This document shows, one piece after another, positions 49,223 to 58,295 of a stretch of 64,000 bases of DNA; position 1 is the stretch's first letter, and each line of letters opens with the position of its first letter. Under the pieces are notes generated by a model. That model made no database searches. It was not told the DNA's origin and saw only the letters and a list, made by a program, of their open reading frames with translations. The DNA comes from Candidatus Krumholzibacteriia bacterium (lineage in GTDB: Bacteria; Krumholzibacteriota; Krumholzibacteriia; LZORAL124-64-63), in NCBI GenBank assembly GCA_963825035.1, contig CAWGRT010000011.1:18874-82873 (forward strand), written 5' to 3'. Position numbers and translations under genes: made by a program.

Positions 49223-50350
49223 ATGGAGCCTCTCGATATCCTGCGCGACGGTTCGCGGCGCGTCCTGAATCGCAAGATGGATCGGCGCGAGTTCCTCAAG
49301 GTGGTCACGGCGGCGGCGGCGGCGGTGGGCCTGTCGTCGGCCACGGCGGTGCGCATCGCCGAGGCGGCGGCGGCGGGGCTGAAGCCGTCGGTGATCTGGC
49401 TGCACTTCCAGGAATGCACCGGCTGCACCGAGTCGCTGCTGCGCACCAGCCACCCCGAGCTGGCCGAGTTGATCCTCGACCTGATCTCCCTGGACTACCA
49501 CGAGACCCTGTCGGCGGCCGCCGGCCACCAGGCCGAGAAGTCCCTGCACGACGCCATGGCCGCCAACAAGGGCAAGTACGTGCTCATCGTCGAGGGGGCC
49601 ATCCCGGTCAAGGACGGCGGCATCTACTGCAAGATCGCCGGCAAGACGGCCCTGGACCTGGTGCAGGAGGTGGCCGCGGACGCCGGCGCGATCATCGCCA
49701 TCGGCAGCTGCGCGTCTTTCGGCGGCATCCCCGCCAGCGGGCCCAATCCCACCGGCGCCACCGGCGTGCCCATGATCCTCAAGGACAAGACCGTGGTCAC
49801 CATCCCGGGCTGCCCGGCCAACCCCTACAACCTGCTGGGGACGGTGCTGCAGTTCGTCGCCCTGGGCACCCTGCCCGCCCTGGACGACAAGGGGCGGCCC
49901 AAGTTCGCCTACGCCCGCGTCATCCACGAGGACTGCCCGCGGCGGGCCCACTTCGACGCCGGCCGCTTCGTCGAGCAGTTCGGCGACGAGAACCACCGCC
50001 AGGGCTACTGCCTGTACAAGCTGGGCTGCAAGGGCCCGGCGACCCACGCCAACTGTTCCCTCAAGAACTTCTGCGAGGTGCCGGGGGCCTGGCCCATCGG
50101 CATCGGCCACCCCTGCGTGGGCTGCACCGAGCAGCAGCTGGCCTTCCAGGTGCCCATGCACACCACGGTGGACATCGAGCGGCCGACTCCGCCGGACACC
50201 TACCCGCCCATCCACGCCGACCAGCCCGGGCCCAGCCCGCTGGCCACCGGCCTGGGCGGCGCGGTGGTGGGTGCGGCGCTGGGCGCGGCGTACATGCACT
50301 CGCGGAAGCTGGACGCCGAGCAGCCCGCCGACCCGGAAAAGGAGGAGTGA
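49223..50350 (+). CDS. hybO: [NiFe] uptake hydrogenase small subunit (Tat signal, C-terminal membrane anchor)
   Basis: Intact 375-aa ORF. The Tat signal is DRREFLKVVTAAAAAVG. FeS ligand contexts are WLHFQECTGCTES, GSCASFGG, IPGCPANP, HEDCPRRAHF, YCLYKLGCKGP and HPCVGCTE. The C-terminal hydrophobic helix is LATGLGGAVVGAALGAAYM. Confidence 0.9.
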   Translation: MEPLDILRDGSRRVLNRKMDRREFLKVVTAAAAAVGLSSATAVRIAEAAAAGLKPSVIWLHFQECTGCTESLLRTSHPELAELILDLISLDYHETLSAAAGHQAEKSLHDAMAANKGKYVLIVEGAIPVKDGGIYCKIAGKTALDLVQEVAADAGAIIAIGSCASFGGIPASGPNPTGATGVPMILKDKTVVTIPGCPANPYNLLGTVLQFVALGTLPALDDKGRPKFAYARVIHEDCPRRAHFDAGRFVEQFGDENHRQGYCLYKLGCKGPATHANCSLKNFCEVPGAWPIGIGHPCVGCTEQQLAFQVPMHTTVDIERPTPPDTYPPIHADQPGPSPLATGLGGAVVGAALGAAYMHSRKLDAEQPADPEKEE

Positions 50351-50353
50351 CCG

Positions 50354-51231
50354 ATGGACCGGACCAGACGCGCATTCCTCAAGGGCCTGGCGGCCGCCGG
50401 GGCGGGCGCCGTGGCCTCGACCGCGCCGGCGCTGGCCGACGGAGGGTGTCCGCCAGGCGCCCGCCGACGCCGTCGGCCTGCTCTACGACACCACCCGCTG
50501 CATCGGCTGCAAGACCTGCGTGGTGGCCTGCCACGAGGCCAACGACCTGCCGCCGGACAACCGGCTCGACCCTCTGCACGACGCGCCCACGGTGCTGAAC
50601 GACCGCACCAAGAACATCATCAAGCTGTACGAGGACGGACGGGCACCGGTCCTACGTGAAGCAGCAGTGCATGCACTGCGTCGATCCCGCCTGCGCCGGG
50701 GCGTGCATGATCGGCGCCCTGCAGAAGCGGGAGCACGGCATCGTCACCTGGGACACCAACCGCTGCATCGGCTGCCGCTACTGCCAGGTGGCCTGCCCCT
50801 TCGAGATCCCCAAGTTCGAGTGGTACGCCCGCAGCCCGCGCATCATCAAGTGCGAGCTGTGCAACCACCGGCTGGCCGAGGGCAGGCAGCCCGCCTGCAC
50901 CGAGGTCTGCCCGCGCCAGGCCGTGGTCTTCGGCAGGTACGAGGACCTGCTGGCCGACGCGCGGCAGCGGCTGCGGGACCATCCGGGCCGCTACGTGGAC
51001 AAGATCTACGGCGAGCACGACGGCGGCGGCACCCAGTGCCTGATGGTCAGCCACGTGCCCTTCGCGAAGCTGGGCCTGCCCGACCTGCCCGAGCACTCCA
51101 ACGCGGCGCTGAACCGCAAGGTGCAGCACGGCGTGTACCAGGGCTTCGTGGCGCCGGTGGTCCTGTACGCGGTGCTGGGCGGCGTGATGCTGCGCAACCG
51201 GCGCACCAACGCCAAGCGACGAGGGGGGTGA
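50354..51231 (+). CDS. hybA: Hydrogenase-associated 4Fe-4S ferredoxin-type subunit (HybA-like, Tat signal), at least 2 apparent frameshifts
   Basis: The pieces are MDRTRRAFLKGLAAAGAGAV, YDTTRCIGCKTCVVACHEAN and KQQCMHCVDPACAGACMIGAL...WDTNRCIGCRYCQVACPFEIPKF...KCELCNHRLAEGRQPACTEVCP, followed by a C-terminal TM helix. They lie in ORFs 50354.., 50271.. and 50656..51231. Confidence 0.8.
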
Positions 51232-51234
51232 CAC

Positions 51235-52424
51235 ATGAGCCACGGCAGGCCGGCACCCGTCGGCGGGTCCCTCTGGACCGGCACGACCCGCATCCTCTTC
51301 TTCTTCGCGGTCGTGGGCATCGTCCTGACCGTGTGGCGCTTCATGGTGGGCCTGGGGCCGTCGACGGGCATGTCCGACGGCTATCCCTGGGGCATCTGGA
51401 TCGCCTTCGACGTGGTCACGGGCACGGCCCTGGGCTGCGGCGGCTACGCCGTGGCCTTCCTGGTCTACGTGCTGAACAAGGGCAAGTACCATCCCCTGGT
51501 GCGGCCGGCGCTGCTGACCAGCGCCCTGGGCTACTCGGTGGCCGCGGTGGCCATCGTCGTCGACGTGGGCCGGCCCTGGTTCATCTGGCGCATCCCCGTC
51601 TCGGTGGGCAAGTGGAACCACGGACTCGGCCCTGCTCGAGGTGGCCCTGTGCGTCATGACCTACGTGATCGTGCTGTGGCTGGAGCTGAGCCCCGCGTTC
51701 CTGGAGAAGCTGCAGAGCAAGGCCGCCGATGCGGTCGCGCGCTTCCTGGACCGGATCATGGTCTTCATCATCGCCCTGGGGCTGCTGCTGCCGACCATGC
51801 ACCAGTCGTCGCTGGGCGCGGTGATCATGCTGGCCGGTCCGCGCCTGCACCCCCTGTGGCAGACGGCCTGGTTGCCGGCGCTGTTCCTGATCTCGTGCAT
51901 CGCCATGGGCTACGCCGTCGTGGTGATGGAGTCGGTGCTGTCGAGCCGGGCCTTCGGGCGGCGGCGCGAGGACCGCATGCTGGCCTCGCTGTCGCGGGCC
52001 ATGATCCCGGTGCTGCTGGCCTACGTGGTGCTGCGGCTGGCGGCGATCGTGGCGGCCGGCAAGACGGCCCTGCTCTTCTCGTCCGGCCTGATGAGCGTGC
52101 TGTTCTGGCTGGAGATGGCCGCGTTCCTGGTGCCGGCGGTGGTGTTCATGGTCCGGGGCCGGGACATCCCCGTGGGCTGCATGTACCGGCAGGCGCTGAC
52201 CGTCCTGGTGGGCGGCGCCCTGTACCGCTTCGACTCCTACCTGGTGGCGTTCTCGCCTGTCCCACGGCTGGAGCTACTTCCCGAGCGTGCCAGAGCTGGT
52301 GATGACCGTCGGGCTGGTCTCGCTCGAGGTGTTCCTGTTCATCGTCATCGTGAGGAAGTTCCCGATCCTGAGCGGCACCGACCGCGCCGGCAGCCGCCCG
52401 GTAGACCTGGAGGGTCCCCTATGA
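51235..52424 (+). CDS. hybB: Hydrogenase integral membrane subunit (HybB / NrfD family), at least 2 apparent frameshifts
   Basis: The pieces are ...[51 protein letters not shown]..., then [22 protein letters not shown]...[18 protein letters not shown]...LHPLWQT, then [33 protein letters not shown]. The stop overlaps the next ATG. Confidence 0.8.
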
Positions 52425-54123
52425 GCAAGCGAATCGTCGTCGATCCCGTGACCCGCATCGAGGGCCACCTGCGCATCGACGTGGAGGTGGACGGCGGCAA
52501 GGTCACCAAGGCCTGGTCGTCGGGCCAGATGTGGCGGGGCATCGAGAACATCCTCAAGGGCCGCGACCCCCGCGAGGCCTGGCTGTTCACCCAGCGCTTC
52601 TGCGGCGTGTGCACCACGGTGCACGCCATCGCCTCGGTGCGCGCGGTGGAGAACGCCGTGGGCCTGGAGATCCCCCTGAACGCCCAGTACATCCGCAACC
52701 TGATCGTGGCGGCCCACGCGCATGCACGACCACATCGTGCACTTCTACCACCTGTCGGCCCTGGACTGGGTGGACGTGGTGTCGGCCCTGAAGGCCGACC
52801 CGGCGGCGACGGCCAAGCTGGCCCAGTCGCTGTCGCCGCTGGCCCGGCAACAGCAAGCAGGAGTTCGAGGCCGTGAAGGCCAAGCTGGCCACCTTCGTGG
52901 ACCGCGGCCAGCTGGGCATCTTCGCCAACGGCTACTGGGGCCACCAGGCCATGAAGCTGCCGCCGGAGGTCAACCTGCTGGCGGTCAGCCACTACCTGCA
53001 GGCCCTGGACTACCAGCGCACCGCCAACAAGGTGGTGGCGCATCCTGGGCAGCAAGACGCCCAACATCCAGAACCTGGCCGTGGGCGGGGTGGCCAACGC
53101 CATCAACCTGGACAACGAGTCGACCCTGAACATGGCGACCCTGTGGTCCGATCAAGGACCTGCTGGACGAGATGCAGTCGCTTCGTGCGGGACGTGTACC
53201 TGACCGACGTCTGCGCCATCGGCGCCCTGTACCCGGACTGGCTGGGCTACGGCGCGGGCGTGACCAACTACATGGCCGTGCCCGACCTGCCCCTGGACGC
53301 CGCGGGCACGAAGTTCGACCTGCCCGGCGGCACCATCATGAACGGCGACCTCAAGACCTTCAAGCCGATCACCAACTTCCAGGACAAGTACTTCGCCGAC
53401 AACGTCACCGAGTCCATCGCCCACGCCTGGTACGACGGCGACTGGCAGAAGCACCCGTACGAGGAAGACACGGTGCCCAACTACACCGACTTCCAGGACG
53501 ACGGGAAGTACTCCTGGGTGAAGGCGCCGCGCTTCAAGGACGAGCCCATGCAGGTGGGCCCCCTGGCCCAGGTGCTGGTGGGCTACGCCGGCGGCCACGA
53601 GCCCACGGTCAAGTGGCTGAACTGGGCCATCGACAAGGCCAGCGGCGTGGCGGGCATCCGCATCCAGCCGGCCATGCTGCACTCGACCCTGGGCCGCCAC
53701 CTGGCCCGGGCCGTGCGCGCCAACGTCATCGCCGAGGCGTCGCTGAAGCACTGGCAGCTGCTGGTGGACAACATCGCCTCGGGCGACACGGCCATCTTCA
53801 ACAAGCCCGAGTTCTCGGGTCGCCAGCTGGGCTTCGGCTTCCACGAGGCGCCCCGCGGCACCCTGGCCCACTTCGTCGTGATCCAGGACGGGAAGATCGA
53901 GAACTACCAGGCCGTGGTGCCGTCCACCTGGAACGCCGGGCCGCGCGACGCCAAGAACCGGCCCGGGCCCTACGAGGCGTCGCTGGTGGGCAACCCCATC
54001 GCCGATCCCGAGCGGCCGCTGGAGGTGCTGCGCACCATCCACTCCTTCGATCCCTGCCTGGCCTGCGCGGTCCACACCCTGGACCCGGAGGGCCGCGAGC
54101 TGGGTTCGGTGCGGGTGCTGTGA
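52421..54123 (+). CDS. hybC: [NiFe] hydrogenase large subunit, at least 5 apparent frameshifts
   Basis: The pieces are [23 protein letters not shown]...[51 protein letters not shown]...[33 protein letters not shown] and the long clean ORF 52873..54123. That ORF ends [13 protein letters not shown]...[11 protein letters not shown]...[30 protein letters not shown]. Confidence 0.9.
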
Positions 54124-54675
54124 CGAACGAGCGCGGGGAAGGGACGGCGCCGACGGCGGTGCTGGGCCTGGGCAACGTGCTGATGGGCGACGACGCCCTG
54201 GGCCCGTGGGTGGTCGCCCAGCTGCAGGCCCGGTACGAGTTCCCGGCCGAGGTGGAGGTCCTGGACCTGGGCACGCCCGGCCTGGACCTGCACCCGTTCC
54301 TGGCCGGGCGCGACCGCCTGGTGCTGGTGGACGTGGTCCGCAGCGACGGAGCCGGCCGGCACGGTGAAGCTGTACCGCAAGGACGAGCTGCTGCGCCACG
54401 CGCCGGGACCGCGGGTCAGCCCCCACGATCCGGGGGTGAAGGAGACGCTGCTGTCCCTGGACTTCGCCGGGGACGGGCCGGCGGAGGTGCTGCTGGTGGG
54501 CGTCGTGCCCGCCGAGGTGGCCGCCGGCACCGGCCTGAGCCCGGCGGTGCGCGGGCGGCCGCGGCCGCGGCCGAGGACGGCCGTGCTCGAGGAACTGGCG
54601 CGGCTGGGGCACGAGGTCGCGCCGCCGCGAACCGCCCGGCCGGCCCGACCTGTGGTGGGAGGACACCGCCGATGA
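54120..54675 (+). CDS. hybD: Hydrogenase maturation endopeptidase (HybD/HyaD family), at least 2 apparent frameshifts
   Basis: The GTG start overlaps the large-subunit stop. The pieces are AVLGLGNVLMGDDALGPWVVAQLQ...VEVLDLGTPGLDLHPFLAGRDRLVLVD, then VKLYRKDELL...SPHDPGVKETLLSL...VLLVGVVP. Confidence 0.75.
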
Positions 54676-55083
54676 CTGAGCCGCGCCGCCGCCCCGCCGG
54701 GGTCCGTCGTGGCGTCGGCTCGAACCATCGCCCTCGTCGCCGTGGCCCTGCACAGCTACGCGGTGGGGGCGATGCTCCTTTTCGCCACGCCTGGACCCTG
54801 CGCTTCGCCGGCTGGGGCGAGGTGGACGCCCTGTTCTTCCCGCGCCAGGCCGGCGCCTTCCACTTCGTGGTGGCGACGGCGCTATCTCTGGGAGTGGTTC
54901 CGGCCACCGCAGCATCGGCGCTGCTGGTGATGACCAAGGCGATGGCCGTGGTCTTCCTGCTGGCTGCTCAATCCCTGGCGGACGGCCTGGTCGATCCCCT
55001 TCTCGGGGGTGTTCGACGGCCTGATGCTGGCGGGCATGGTCTTCCTGGACCTGATGGCCCGGCGCGACGTCCGGCGGGCCTGA
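54672..55083 (+). CDS. Small hydrophobic protein at the end of the hyb operon, frameshifted; function unknown
   Basis: The ATG overlaps the hybD stop (ATGA). Hydrophobic pieces lie in three frames: SARTIALVAVALHSYAVGAMLLFATP, WTLRFAGWGEVDALFFPRQAGAFHFVVATALSLGVVPATAASALLVMTKAMAVVFLLAAQSL and GVFDGLMLAGMVFLDLMARRDVRRA-stop. Confidence 0.4.
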
Positions 55084-55094
55084 TCGCCGAACCC

Positions 55095-56635
55095 TCAGAC
55101 TTTCTCGCGGCAGGGATCGGCGCCCGCGCCGTTCCGGGTGCGACTCGTGCCACTCCTCGCAGGCCTCGCGCACCTGGTCGATGCCGTAGGCGACGGTCAT
55201 GCGACAGGTAGTGGTGCACGTGGGGCAGCAGCGCCTGTGCCCTCGGGGTCGGCCGCGCACCGCGTCGACGCAGGTCGTCGTCGAAGGTCTCCAGGGCGCC
55301 GACCACCTCGGACCGCGTCGAAGCCCTCGTCCAGGCGGCGCAGCGGCCAGCTCGCGGCAGTAGGCCATGAAGTCGACCCGCTCGCGGGTGCGCACCGCGT
55401 TGAAGAGGATGCGCAGGAACAGGCGGTGGTTCCAGGCGTGCTCCTTGTCGCTGAAGGCGGCGTAGCTGGGGTACTTGCGCGTCAGCTCCCGGGTGCAGGC
55501 GTCGGCGATCTCGTCCTTGTGGCGCTGCAGCACGTAGTAGATGGCCAGGCAGGGGCGCTCCGCGTACTGCTTCATGGCGTCGCGGTTGCGCCGGGTCCAC
55601 TCGATGCGGTCGCCGCGGCGGTTCTCCAGCAGGAACGGCAGGCGGCGCAGGACGTGCAGGCGCTCGCGGGGTTCCCAGCCCAGGCGTGCGGCGCGAGCGC
55701 GAGGAGTCGATGGTCATCTTCCGGTCCACGTAGTCGGCCATCCAGGGCCGCTCGAAGGGGCGCTCCTTCATGAACCGTCCTGCCAGCGCTCATGACCTGG
55801 ATCCCCGGCTTGACCAGGAACCGCGGCGTGAAGAGGGGTTCCTCGGCCCGCTCGTTCCAGTAGGTGGTCGGCCACGTCGTAGAGCTGGCGGTGGCTGGTG
55901 GCGCCGTCGCCGCTGGCGACGACGATCTCGCCGTCGTCCAGGTCGTCCACGCAGCGCGATCACCCGGCGCAGGAAGACCATGGCGTCCTTGATGTGCAGG
56001 TAGGGGATGGCCGACTCGCCGCGCCCCCCGAGCACGCGACGGTTCCAGGCGCGCGACAGCCAGGTGCGCAGGAACATGTACAGGGGCGGATACTCGCACC
56101 AGTCGGAGAACAGGGCCGCGAAGCGCACGATCACCGAGGGGAAGGCGTCGCGGTACTCGGCCAGCATGGCTTCGCCCAGGGCCTTGGTGCGGGCGTAGAC
56201 GTGGTCGCCGTCGGGCGGGCTCATCTCGTTCAGGGCGCTGCCCGCCGGCGGGAAGGCGCAGGCGGCCACCGAGCTGGAGAAGATGAAGCGCCGCGGCCGC
56301 AGGATGCGGCACTCGTCCAGCACGTGGCGCAGGCCGTCCACGTTGGTGCGCTGGTACTCGGGATGTTCCTCGCCGGTGAAGTCGTAGTGGGCGGCCAGGT
56401 GGATGACCAGGTCCACCGGCCCCTCGTCGCCGCACCTCGGCGAACGCGGCGGCCAGCGGTTGGGGCGGGCGATGTCCACCTGCTTCCAGGTGATGTTGGG
56501 GTGGACGGGCGCGCCGCAGAGGGTCTGGGAGCGCCGCGCCATGCCGACGATGCGGAAGTCGTGCTTGAGGGCGTCGAGCAGGTGCCGGCCGATGAAGCCC
56601 GACGAGCCGGTGACGACGATGCGCGGCAGTGCCAT
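55095..56635 (-). CDS. NAD-dependent epimerase/dehydratase (extended SDR) with a C-terminal extension, at least 5 apparent frameshifts
   Basis: The SDR part is MALPRIVVTGSSGFIGRHLLDAL (GxxGxxG), VIHLAAHYDF, IFSSSVAACA and YARTKALGE (YxxxK). It continues through VDDLDDGEIVVASGDGATSHRQLYDV, FMKERPFERPWMADYVDRKMTIDSS and ARLGWEPRERLHVLRRLPFLLENRRGDRIEWTRRNRDA. That last piece is in frame with MKQYAERPCLAIYYVLQRHKDEIADACTRELTRKYPSYAAFSDKEHAWNHRLFLRILFNAV. The gene ends ...IDQVREACEEWHE. Confidence 0.6.
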
Positions 56636-56655
56636 GGTCCTCCCGGCCCGTCTCC

Positions 56656-57081
56656 TCAGGCGCCGATGATCACCTCGGTCCCGTCACCGTCGACCGGCAC
56701 GGTCGCGCAGCGGCTGCCGCGGTGGTCCGTAGACCGGGCTGCCCGCGGCGTCGAAGCGGCCGTCGTGGCAGGGGCAGACGTAGTGGTCCGGGTCCGGCTG
56801 CCAGGCCACCTCGCAGCCCTGGTGGGTGCACAGCAGCGAGCGGGCGACGACCGTTCCCGCCCCGGCGCAGCACCTCCACCGGTCCTTGCCGACCATGACC
56901 CGGGTGCGCTCGCCCGTCCGGCAGCATGGCCAGGGGCACGGTCACCGGGCGGCCGGCTCGGCCTGCTCGCCGGACCGCCGCAGCCGGCCAGGGCCGCCGG
57001 CAGCAGCACGCGCCGCGCCCGGCGCCGGCGCCGGCGCGCAGGGCGGCGGCCAGGAAGGCGCGCCGGCCGCAGGGCGCTCAT
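56656..57081 (-). CDS. Tat-exported Rieske [2Fe-2S] domain protein, at least 3 apparent frameshifts
   Basis: The Tat motif MSALRPARRAFLAAAL appears after one frame change. The Rieske boxes are CTHQGCEVAWQPDPDHYVCPCHDGRFDAAGSPVYGPP. The C-terminus is TVPVDGDGTEVIIGA-stop. The start overlaps the hypC stop region. Confidence 0.7.
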   Translation of the reverse strand: MSALRPARLPGRRPARRRRRRARRVLLPAALAGCGGPASRPSRPPGDRAPGHAAGRASAPGSWSARTGGGAAPGRERSSPARCCAPTRAARWPGSRTRTTTSAPATTAASTPRAARSTDHRGSRCATVPVDGDGTEVIIGA

Positions 57082-57343
57082 GACGCGACTTCCGTCGCTC
57101 CGGACTCGTCGGCTCGCGGAGGTCGGCCAGCCGGTGCAGCACGGCCAGGGTCTCGCGGGCCTGGTCCTCGTCCAGCTGGCTGATGGCGAAGCCGGCGTGC
57201 ACCAGGACGTAGTCGCCGGGACCGGCTTCCGGGACGTAGGCCAGGCAGACCTCCAGGCTGATACCCTCGAAATCGACGGTGCCCATGCGCAGCAGGCCGC
57301 CATCGAGCAGGGCGGTGATCCGGCCGGGAATGCCGAGGCACAT
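57078..57343 (-). CDS. hypC: Hydrogenase assembly chaperone HypC/HupF family (the C-terminal frame is uncertain)
   Basis: A GAAAGGAG RBS precedes the start. The protein is MCLGIPGRITALLDGGLLRMGTVDFEGISLEVCLAYVPEAGPGDYVLVHAGFAISQLDEDQARETLAVL. It has the canonical MCLGIP N-terminus and the VHAGFAI block. Confidence 0.8.
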
Positions 57344-57511
57344 GCGGGGACTCCTTTCGCCGGGCGGGACGCGGCGTCGCCGGGTCAATAGTAGCCCCTG
57401 GCGGGCGCGGATTCCACCTGAGGCGTGGGGCGGGCGGGATGGCGCAAGAAATGGGCGGGGCTCCCGAGGGAGACCCCGCTTCGCCTACCGGCCCCGAGTG
57501 GCGGGAATCCT

Positions 57512-57985
57512 TTACCGGTATGCGCTCTTCGGCGGCGCTCCAGGTCACGTCCTCGTTGGGCACGACCGAGCACTCCACCGGCACCGAAGCTTCGAAGGGC
57601 GGCGAGTCGACATGGTTGTCGGCGGTCGGGACCAAGCGTGAAGGTGCCGTGGATGACGAACGGCCCGTACAGGGGGATGATGTCGTCCGTGATCTCGTTC
57701 CAGGACTGGCCCAGGGACACAGGCGCCGTAGTGATCGCCGTCGTCGTCGACCACGGTCGTCTGACCCGTCGTCTCGAGCAGGACGTTGCCCGCCGGGTCC
57801 TCGATGGCGATGTCGTAGGCCAGCGGGGTCGAATCGATCTTGAAATAGATGCGCACCAGGACCTCGGCACTCCACCCCGCGCAATCACCGTCGAAGGTGA
57901 CGGATTCGAAGTGGGTGGCGAACGCCGGACCGGCCGCGAGCAATCCCAGCCCGACGACCAACAGAGTCAAGAGCAAACGACGCAT
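57512..57985 (-). CDS. Small secreted hypothetical protein whose reconstructed C-terminus carries the tag (TWSAAKSAYR-stop); at least 3 apparent frameshifts
   Basis: The signal peptide and first piece are MRRLLLTLLVVGLGLLAAGPAFATHFESVTFDGDCAGWSAEVLVRIYFKIDSTPLAYDIAIEDPAGNVLL (ORF 57545..57985). The next pieces are APVSLGQSWNEITDDIIPLYGPFVIHGTFTL and VPTADNHVDSPPFEASVPVECSVVPNEDVTWSAA. The starting frame then reads KSAYR-TAA at 57512-57514. Confidence 0.5.
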
Positions 57986-58295
57986 GATCCCTCCAAGTCG
58001 GGCGAATGGTCGCCCGCCGATGGTTTGATATCAGGTCCGAATCGATGTAGTGACCAGTATACGAAAAAACTCATGTATATACAATTATAAAGATCAATGA
58101 ATGAACGACAGCACAATATGCTTTGTCTGGCCCCACGTTCGGGCAGTCATGATAACGAGTTAACGTTTGAGGCGCAAGGGGCCTGGTCGAAAACCTACCG
58201 CCCGGCCGGCAGGCATTGCATATTGCCTTTGGCTCCAGGGGCTTCCGCGGCTATCCTGTGAGAACCATCATGTGCCCTCGTTCCGCGGAGCCACC

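Noticed and set aside
58020-58295. AT-rich 270-bp spacer before the acyl-CoA synthetase gene, with a CTGGTCGA element, considered as a FadR-type operator
   Set aside because: Only half of the FadR consensus is present, and there is no palindromic partner. The region is probably just the divergent promoter region of the 57985 (-) and 58296 (+) genes.
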